Origin: Candidatus Omnitrophota bacterium
GTDB taxonomy: Bacteria; Omnitrophota; Gorgyraeia; Gygaellales; Profunditerraquicolaceae
Length of the DNA: 64,000 nucleotides
NCBI GenBank assembly: GCA_041662125.1
Contig: JBAZTA010000002.1
Location: 140,154-204,153, forward strand
Reading direction: 5' to 3'
In this document: positions 57,901 to 64,000 of the stretch, piece after piece
Layout of the letters: each line of letters begins with the position of its first letter
How positions within the stretch are numbered: the first letter of the stretch is position 1
Notes under the pieces: model-generated
Database searches by the model: none
The model's input: the letters and a program-made list of their open reading frames with translations, nothing else
Told to the model about the DNA's origin: nothing
Made by a program: the position numbers and the translations under genes

Positions 57901-59361
57901 ATGAAGATATTATTTGTCATGCCAAAAGTAGGTGCCTGGGCTACGCACGGGACACACCGTTCGCCAAATCAATTGTATGCGCACTGGGCAGCGTATGTGC
58001 GGGAAAGAGGATATGAGGATGTCTCGGTTATCGACGGAAAAGCAGATCAGATCCCTATGGACCAGCTGGTTGAGCAGGTTAAGGTTCGCAAGCCTGATAT
58101 TGTGGTGATGGGTGAACAGTTGCATGGCTACGGAGGCTATGGAGTGTTGCGTCATTTTAAAGAGGCAGCTATAGGGATTAAAAAGGCATTGCCTAAGACA
58201 AAAATAATTTTGGGCGGAATGTGGTACTCAGCCATGCCCGTGCCTACGTTAGAAGAGAATCCGGCAGTTGATTTTGTGGTCATGGGTGAAGAAGAATCCT
58301 TTGGGGATTTAATTGAGGCTATCGATAAAAAGAAAGACCTTAAAGATGTAGGCGGTGTTACTTCACGGATTGATGGCAAGATCGTGATGGGGCCGCATAA
58401 GCCGCTTTTAGAGGATCTCGATAAATTGCCTTTGCCGGCATATGATTTATTCCCGATGGATAAGTATGTGGGGCATACGTATTGGAAACCGTTTGTGGAT
58501 ATGGTGACTTCCCGGGGCTGTCCTTCAGCCTGCACCTTTTGTTACGAATGGGACCAGTTTGACCCGCGTTCTCCGTCTGACTTCTTGAAATGGCGCGCTA
58601 AAAGCCCTGAGCGGGTCATTGAAGAAATGGAATTGTTGCAGAATAAATACGGCGTTAAGGTAGTGGTGATTCAGGATGACAACTTCAATGTTGACCCTAA
58701 GCGTGTGGAGAAATTCTGCAATCTCAAGAAGCAGAAGAAGATCGATATCAAATGGGTTTCCCTTGGCCGGGCTATTGATTGGGTCAATTGTGAGTCGATT
58801 TTGCCGCTGATGAAGGAAACAGGCCTGTTTATGGGAGTTTTTGGTATTGAAGTAACCACGCAGTCAGAGCTTAAGAAAATCGCCAAGGGGATTACCCTCG
58901 ATCAGATCAAAAAGACCATTGAGATCCTGCGCAAAAACGATATTGCCATTGTCGCGGATATCATGATGGGTTTTGATTATGATACGGAAGCCATTATAAA
59001 ACAGCGCTTTGAGTTTACTGATCAGGTCGATCCGGATATCCTTTGGGTTGGTTACGTGACGCCCGCTCCGAATTCGCCTATGTGGAGGATCTCTTTAAAG
59101 AAGAACTGGGTTGACCCTAAGAAAGTTGATTTCAGCCAGTGGGACTTTTTACATCCGGTTATTCCGACGGATCATTTGACTATTGAGGATCTCGGCCGTT
59201 TGGGTTCATGGTGTATGCGGGAATTTTTCTCAAAACCCGGCCGCATCAATCGTATCATGGAGAGCAATTTTGATCCGTTGGCCAAACTCTGTTTCCAGGA
59301 TGTTATGGCAGGGGTGGGGAAATGGGAGGCAGGAGCGACAAAGGGAGAAGTTCATATTTAA
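57901..59361 (+). CDS. B12-binding radical SAM protein (class B rSAM, putative methyltransferase)
   Basis: The N-terminal cobalamin-binding Rossmann-like domain (DIVVMGEQLHGYGG...ILGGMW) is followed by the CxxxCxxC cluster SRGCPSACTFCYEW. Confidence 0.8.
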   Translation: MKILFVMPKVGAWATHGTHRSPNQLYAHWAAYVRERGYEDVSVIDGKADQIPMDQLVEQVKVRKPDIVVMGEQLHGYGGYGVLRHFKEAAIGIKKALPKTKIILGGMWYSAMPVPTLEENPAVDFVVMGEEESFGDLIEAIDKKKDLKDVGGVTSRIDGKIVMGPHKPLLEDLDKLPLPAYDLFPMDKYVGHTYWKPFVDMVTSRGCPSACTFCYEWDQFDPRSPSDFLKWRAKSPERVIEEMELLQNKYGVKVVVIQDDNFNVDPKRVEKFCNLKKQKKIDIKWVSLGRAIDWVNCESILPLMKETGLFMGVFGIEVTTQSELKKIAKGITLDQIKKTIEILRKNDIAIVADIMMGFDYDTEAIIKQRFEFTDQVDPDILWVGYVTPAPNSPMWRISLKKNWVDPKKVDFSQWDFLHPVIPTDHLTIEDLGRLGSWCMREFFSKPGRINRIMESNFDPLAKLCFQDVMAGVGKWEAGATKGEVHI

Positions 59362-59459
59362 GTTATTGCTCTCCTACGCTCATCGATAAGTAAAATGATG
59401 GTAGAGCTTCGGAGGAGTTTCGCTGGATAAAGTTTTAAGGTGCTCAAGGGGGGACAGGT

Positions 59460-59699
59460 ATGGATACAAAAGCTAAAATTAAAGATATTTTAGTCAAATT
59501 GTTACGCGTAAAAGTAGAAGAGCTTAAAGATAGCGTAACTTTGCAGGAAAGTATCGGGGTTGATTCTACTGAGATGGTTGAAGCAATCATTGCATTAGAG
59601 AAGGCGTTTAATACAAAAATAAGCACGAAGGAAATCTCTAAATTATCAACAATTGATGAGATTGAGCAGGTTATTCAATCGAAATTGTCAAAAGTTTAA
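59460..59699 (+). CDS. acyl carrier protein
   Basis: It is 79 aa. The phosphopantetheine-attachment region IGVDSTEMVEAIIALE is a DSx variant of DSL. Confidence 0.7.
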   Translation: MDTKAKIKDILVKLLRVKVEELKDSVTLQESIGVDSTEMVEAIIALEKAFNTKISTKEISKLSTIDEIEQVIQSKLSKV

Positions 59700-59726
59700 A
59701 GCTTTTTTACGCAAAGCTAAAACTAT

Positions 59727-60536
59727 ATGCAAATAATCGACTTAAGTTTGCCAATCGATGAAAAAGCTTTTGAAGTCCACCATGTGGATATTGAACGGGT
59801 AACTCATAAGTCCGGGGTAGAAAAGTTTAACCGCGTGATCATGGGCAAGGCTTTTTTAGGTAAGGTTAAGTATTTACTGGGCCAGCGTATAGTCAGCCCG
59901 GAAGATTTGCCTGATGGAGAATTCTTGTCTTTAGAAGTGGTCCATTCGCCGGTCCATGTCGGCACACATTTAGATTATTCCTTTCACTATGGTTCACAAT
60001 CAGAAGGGCGTCCTTCTAAAACAGCGGAAGAAATCCCTTTAGAATGGTGTTATTCTGATGGAGTGCGTTTGGATTTGACGCATAAAAAACCCGCAGATGT
60101 TATTACTGCCCACGATGTAGAGGCATGCCTTAATAAGATAAAATACACCCTCAAGCCTTTTGATATTGTCCTTTTTTATACGGGCGCGGATAAATTCTAT
60201 GGCGGGCCGAAGTATTTCTCAGACTATCCGGGAGTAGATGTTACTGCGATTGATTACTTACTTGATAGAGGTATTAAAATCTTTGGCGTTGATACTATGG
60301 GTATTGACCGGCCGTATAAATTCATGCTTAAAGAATTCCTGCAGGATAAAAAGAAGCATCCTTTGTATCCTGCGCATTTCTACGGGCGAAAGAGAGAGTT
60401 TATTCATATAGAGCGTCTCGCTAATTTAAAAGCATTGCCTGATTTCGGCTTTAAGATCAATTGTTTTCCGATAAAGATCAAATGCACCGGCGCTGCCTGG
60501 GCGCGGGTGGTAGCGGTAAGGAGCGACAATGATTAA
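59727..60536 (+). CDS. cyclase-family protein (PF04199-like; kynurenine-formamidase/polyketide-cyclase fold)
   Basis: HSPVHVGTHLDYSFHY matches the HxGTHxD metal-binding motif of the family. Confidence 0.65.
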   Translation: MQIIDLSLPIDEKAFEVHHVDIERVTHKSGVEKFNRVIMGKAFLGKVKYLLGQRIVSPEDLPDGEFLSLEVVHSPVHVGTHLDYSFHYGSQSEGRPSKTAEEIPLEWCYSDGVRLDLTHKKPADVITAHDVEACLNKIKYTLKPFDIVLFYTGADKFYGGPKYFSDYPGVDVTAIDYLLDRGIKIFGVDTMGIDRPYKFMLKEFLQDKKKHPLYPAHFYGRKREFIHIERLANLKALPDFGFKINCFPIKIKCTGAAWARVVAVRSDND

Positions 60537-60843
60537 ATCAGTGATTGGCGATTTAGATGCGATGATGGAGTTCCCCCGTGACGGGGTTTTTAGCAAGGTG
60601 CTGGTTAAGACCGATACTTCTAATTATACGCTGATGTGCCTGGCAAAGGGGAGTGATATTTCTGAGCATACTTCTACGCGTGAAGCGGCAGTTACCGTGT
60701 TAAAAGGCAAAGGCACTTTTGTTTTAAACGGTAAAAAAATTAAAATGAAGCCGGGTGTTTTTATCTTTATGCCCAAAAACGCGCCGCATTCATTAAGCGC
60801 GTCTGAAAATCTGGCGATAGTGTTGAGTTTGTTTGGAAAATAA
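60529..60843 (+). CDS. cupin-domain protein (TcmJ-like)
   Basis: The size and beta-rich composition fit a cupin, with ...HTSTREAAVTVLKGKGTFVLNGK...PKNAPHSLSA. The start overlaps the cyclase stop. Confidence 0.5.
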   Translation: MIKSVIGDLDAMMEFPRDGVFSKVLVKTDTSNYTLMCLAKGSDISEHTSTREAAVTVLKGKGTFVLNGKKIKMKPGVFIFMPKNAPHSLSASENLAIVLSLFGK

Positions 60844-60852
60844 GGAGATCAT

Positions 60853-61299
60853 ATGGGACATACGTGTAATTCAATTATTATCAATGCGCCGTACGAAAAA
60901 GTTTTTGCTATTTCAAACGATATCCCGCGCTGGACAGAGTTATTCGGCAGTGAATATCAAAAAGCTGAAGTAGTCAAGAAAGAGGGTAATAAAATTACCT
61001 TTCGCCTGACCGATGATGAAGGGAAATCCTGGCAATCCTGGAGGCTTTTATTTAAGGAAAAATGTTTTACCTATTCTGAGCGGGAAGAGCCGAAATTTCC
61101 GTTTAACTATATGAAGATTATCTGGCTTTATACTCCTCAAGAAGAAGGTATAGAATTGACCTGGATCCAGCATTTTCAGATGGATGATAAGGCGAAGTTC
61201 AATGATGAACAGGTGGAAGGGTTTATTAATAAGCATTCGAAGGAAAACCTTTTGATCTTTAAGAACGTGATAGAGCGTGAAGGTGCGCAGGGAACTTAA
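60853..61299 (+). CDS. SRPBCC (Bet v1-like) polyketide cyclase/aromatase-like protein
   Basis: It is 148 aa. The N-terminal CNSIIINAPYEKVFAISNDIPRWTELF is typical of Polyketide_cyc2/SRPBCC. Confidence 0.55.
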   Translation: MGHTCNSIIINAPYEKVFAISNDIPRWTELFGSEYQKAEVVKKEGNKITFRLTDDEGKSWQSWRLLFKEKCFTYSEREEPKFPFNYMKIIWLYTPQEEGIELTWIQHFQMDDKAKFNDEQVEGFINKHSKENLLIFKNVIEREGAQGT

Positions 61300-61312
61300 A
61301 GGGGGGTATATA

Positions 61313-62086
61313 ATGTCTAAGTTAAGGGGGAAGGCTGCAATAGTGACGGGTGCCAGCCGCGGTATCGGCAAGGCTTTGGCTTCAACCTGCGCTGATTTAG
61401 GGGTTAATCTTGTCATTGCCGCTCGTAATGAAGGGCCATTAAAGGAAACTGCGGATGAAATCCGGAAGAAATACAAGGTGGAGGTTTTACCGGTTGCCTG
61501 CGATGTTACTAAGTTTGAAGATTTGGAAAACCTGGTGAATAAGGCAAAAGAGAAATTTGGCACTATCGATATCCTGATCAATAATGCCGGGGTTTCCAGC
61601 CAGTCGCCTTTCGAGAAGCAGCCATTTGACGATTTCGAGAAATTGGTGCATACTAATTATCTAGGGTATGTGCGCTTGATTCGGCTGGTAATCAATGATA
61701 TGATTAAGAATAAGGCGGGAGCGATCATCAATATGGTTTCAGGGTCTACGCTCTGTGACCCGCTGCCCCGGAATTTTTTGGTGTATAGTTCGCTTAAAGT
61801 AGGGCTACGCGCTTTCTCTAAGGGATTGTTTTGGGAGATGCGCGACTATGGGATCAAAATCACCTCTATCCTGCCCGGTGTTACCGATACGGATTTAACC
61901 GGTAAGTTGACGGAAATAACCGCTGATACTTCCCGGCTTATGACGACAGAGGCGATTGAAAACGCGGTTCGGTTTGCTTTAACCGTGCCGGCGAATGTCT
62001 GTCCCTTGGAGATCGCGGTGATCAACCAGCAAACGCCGTGGACTAATCCCGTGATACCATTTAAACAGCAGCATCCGGGCAAGTAA
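61313..62086 (+). CDS. short-chain dehydrogenase/reductase (ketoreductase-like SDR)
   Basis: The cofactor motif is AAIVTGASRGIGKALA, NNAG is present, and the catalytic YxxxK is YSSLK. A GGGGGG SD precedes the ATG at 61313. Confidence 0.8.
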   Translation: MSKLRGKAAIVTGASRGIGKALASTCADLGVNLVIAARNEGPLKETADEIRKKYKVEVLPVACDVTKFEDLENLVNKAKEKFGTIDILINNAGVSSQSPFEKQPFDDFEKLVHTNYLGYVRLIRLVINDMIKNKAGAIINMVSGSTLCDPLPRNFLVYSSLKVGLRAFSKGLFWEMRDYGIKITSILPGVTDTDLTGKLTEITADTSRLMTTEAIENAVRFALTVPANVCPLEIAVINQQTPWTNPVIPFKQQHPGK

Positions 62087-62165
62087 GTTCAAACGCTTAT
62101 GAGAATATCAGGTTTTACGTATAGTAAGAAAACAGGATTAACAGGAAAAAACAAGGAGGAATAAT

Positions 62166-62774
62166 ATGAAGGTCCTGATTTTGAGTTTAATGTTTGCTCT
62201 TGGTGTAACTTCATTATGTTTGGCGCAGGAGAAAGCATTATTGATCGACGATTTTGAATGTGTTATTTCAGGAGGGCTTGAAGGGACGGTTGATTTCGGC
62301 ACAGGGGGTGATTCTAAATTAGAGGTTACGGCCTCAACCGATATTCAGCATGGCGGTAAGCAATCATTAAAATTGACCTACGATGCTGTCCCCGGCGGCT
62401 ATATGTGGGCGGCGCGGGGCTTTGAATTGGATTCGAAAAATACCGCCTGGCTTGTGAAAACACAAGATATCGACTGGGCTAAATATAACGCGATCTCTTT
62501 TTATATGTACGGCAGCAATTCAGGCGCATATATATGTTTTGATATAAAAGATAACGGGAAAGAAATTTGGCGCACTATGGCCAGTGATGATTTTACTGGA
62601 TGGAAGCAGATCGTATTGCCCTTTGCAGATTTCTACCCCAGGAAAGACTGGCAGCCTGACGCCGCAGATAAGAATGATACGTTGGATTTTCCGATAAAGA
62701 GTTACCAGTTTGAGCCGAAAGCTGAGGCAAAAGGTGTCTTGTGTATTGATGATGTTGAATTGGTCAAGAAATAA
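62166..62774 (+). CDS. secreted protein with a CIA30/CBM-like beta-sandwich domain, hypothetical
   Basis: A signal peptide (MKVLILSLMFALGVTSLCLAQE) is followed by aromatic-rich beta-strand sequence. Confidence 0.4.
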   Translation: MKVLILSLMFALGVTSLCLAQEKALLIDDFECVISGGLEGTVDFGTGGDSKLEVTASTDIQHGGKQSLKLTYDAVPGGYMWAARGFELDSKNTAWLVKTQDIDWAKYNAISFYMYGSNSGAYICFDIKDNGKEIWRTMASDDFTGWKQIVLPFADFYPRKDWQPDAADKNDTLDFPIKSYQFEPKAEAKGVLCIDDVELVKK

Positions 62775-62792
62775 AAGCGAGGGCAAAAACCT

Positions 62793-63209
62793 ATGGATAA
62801 GCAGGATGTGCGGAATTTGAAAAAGCGGTATTTATTGTGGTTATATAAGACGACTAAAGATGCGTTTGATACATATGAGCGCAAGTTCACCCAGCTTGAG
62901 ATCGATGAATTTATTCTTGAGTCAATGGAGAATATCCTTAAAGGATCATATCTGCCCCGTGAGAAAAAGCCCCTGGAACAGTTTGTCAATGATTTCAGGG
63001 ATTATATCGTGGAAAAAGAAAAGGCCACCCTTGAGCTTAAATATAAGGGAAAGAAAGTGAATCCGCAGTTCATCTTTTTGGATTTAAAATTAGAGGCAAT
63101 AGAGAAGGCAATTGTAAAAGAGCTGGGGAAAGAAACGCTTAATGAGATCAAATCTCTCTATGAAGTGGAGATGATAGGGCGGATCTTAAAGAGTTCCAAA
63201 CAGCCGTAA
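62793..63209 (+). CDS. hypothetical protein
   Basis: The ORF has a plausible start and is charged and alpha-helical. No motif was recognised. Confidence 0.35.
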   Translation: MDKQDVRNLKKRYLLWLYKTTKDAFDTYERKFTQLEIDEFILESMENILKGSYLPREKKPLEQFVNDFRDYIVEKEKATLELKYKGKKVNPQFIFLDLKLEAIEKAIVKELGKETLNEIKSLYEVEMIGRILKSSKQP

Positions 63210-63255
63210 AGCTTGTATTATGTTGTGCGTAGAGCCTGGCCAATAAACGCAATAT

Positions 63256-64000
63256 ATGATAATAGACAGCCATAGCCATTGGTTACCCGCTGAAATTATT
63301 AATAACGCGCATTTCTTCTCGCAAGCCTGGGGCGATATTGAGTCACAGCTTGCGATGATGGACCGTTTAGGGATCGATAAAGCTGTTTTAAGTTATCCAA
63401 CTACCGATGCGCATCTGAAATTAGGCAGTATCAGTGAGGTTACGTATGCCTTTAATAAAAATGTCGCGAAGATCCTGAAACGTTTCCCGGGTCGTTTTAT
63501 CGGCGCTGCGGTTCTTCCTATCGATAATGCTTCTGATATGCTTGATCAATTCAAGCGAGCTACCGAAGAATCGGGGTTTCAAGCGCTTTCATTTGCAAGC
63601 AGCTATAACGGCAGGTATCTTGACGATAAGCTTTTTATCCCTGTTTATGAAGAATCACAAAAGAAAAATATCCCGATTTTCGTCCATTCTCAGATAGTTA
63701 ATCCTATTGGTTATGAACGGGTTGGGGATCCGTTATTGACGCCGGTTATAGAATATGTTTTTGATACTACGATCTGTATCGGTAAACTTTTAATGTCAGA
63801 TGTATTGCGAGATTATCCGCAGGTTAAATTTATCTTTGCTTATTTTGGCGGGGTGATCTGCCACTTGTCTCATCGTTTTGACACGACCTATCAGATGTTG
63901 CGGGGTATCAATTTTGTTAAAGACCTGCAAGCAAATCCTTCAGAGTATTTAAAGAATATTTATGTTGATACAAGCGGAGATACCACTGCCGCTAATTTCC
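63256..64000 (+). CDS. amidohydrolase-2 (ACMSD-like metal-dependent hydrolase), truncated by the 3' end of the window
   Basis: The N-terminal metal ligands are MIIDSHSHWLP. HSQ and DTT blocks follow. The frame is still open at nt 64000. Confidence 0.65.
   Translation, partial: MIIDSHSHWLPAEIINNAHFFSQAWGDIESQLAMMDRLGIDKAVLSYPTTDAHLKLGSISEVTYAFNKNVAKILKRFPGRFIGAAVLPIDNASDMLDQFKRATEESGFQALSFASSYNGRYLDDKLFIPVYEESQKKNIPIFVHSQIVNPIGYERVGDPLLTPVIEYVFDTTICIGKLLMSDVLRDYPQVKFIFAYFGGVICHLSHRFDTTYQMLRGINFVKDLQANPSEYLKNIYVDTSGDTTAANF

Noticed and set aside
1-64000. tRNA and rRNA genes.
   Set aside because: A scan for GTTCGAAT/TTCGAATC-type T-loop contexts and cloverleaf-sized GC-rich islands in intergenic gaps found none. 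All sizeable gaps are AT-rich promoter-like regions or the structured elements reported above.

Overview
This 64 kb window is almost entirely coding and nearly all on the + strand; the best lineage guess is an uncultivated Gram-negative bacterium. (1) nt 31-17406 is a single uninterrupted ORF of at least 5791 aa whose frame is still open at nt 1, so the gene may start upstream of the window. It is a mosaic of recognisable enzyme folds: M23 peptidase, two NadD-like nucleotidyltransferase folds, a class I SAM methyltransferase, a YjeF-C NAD(P)HX dehydratase, an APH-type kinase, two HExxH sites, a DHQS/Fe-ADH-like segment, a PPP-type phosphatase and late transmembrane helices. A short [C/A][A/S]SSPL motif recurs about every 200-270 aa, mainly in the C-terminal half. 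(2) nt 17.4-20.3 kb holds a tandem-PilZ gene overlapping the giant ORF stop, then mnmE and folE. (3) nt 20.3-30.9 kb is a signalling island: a CheR-like methyltransferase, a stand-alone REC, two more PilZ proteins, an SGNH-TPR protein, a CheB-CheR-PAS fusion and a PAS-HisKA_2 kinase, with a candidate structured small RNA between them. (4) nt 30.9-42.1 kb is an envelope-modification locus (methyltransferase, two sulfatase/LtaS-like proteins, several polytopic membrane proteins) broken by an IS transposase remnant, RidA and YifB. (5) nt 42.2-53.7 kb carries a coiled-coil protein, a DUF212/PAP2-like protein, an unusual array of four covarying hairpin repeats, LysM-L,D-transpeptidase, accA, PadR, REC, a MarR-TolC-MFP-RND efflux operon, and small PII-like, frameshifted CBS, thioredoxin-like and PCP_red-like proteins. 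(6) nt 53.8-62.1 kb is a compact type II PKS-like biosynthetic cluster: PanE-like reductase, a tandem-repeat Cys/His protein, KS-alpha, catalytically dead KS-beta/CLF, B12-radical SAM, ACP, cyclase, cupin, SRPBCC cyclase and SDR. A secreted protein, a hypothetical and a partial amidohydrolase follow. No tRNA, rRNA or CRISPR array was seen.
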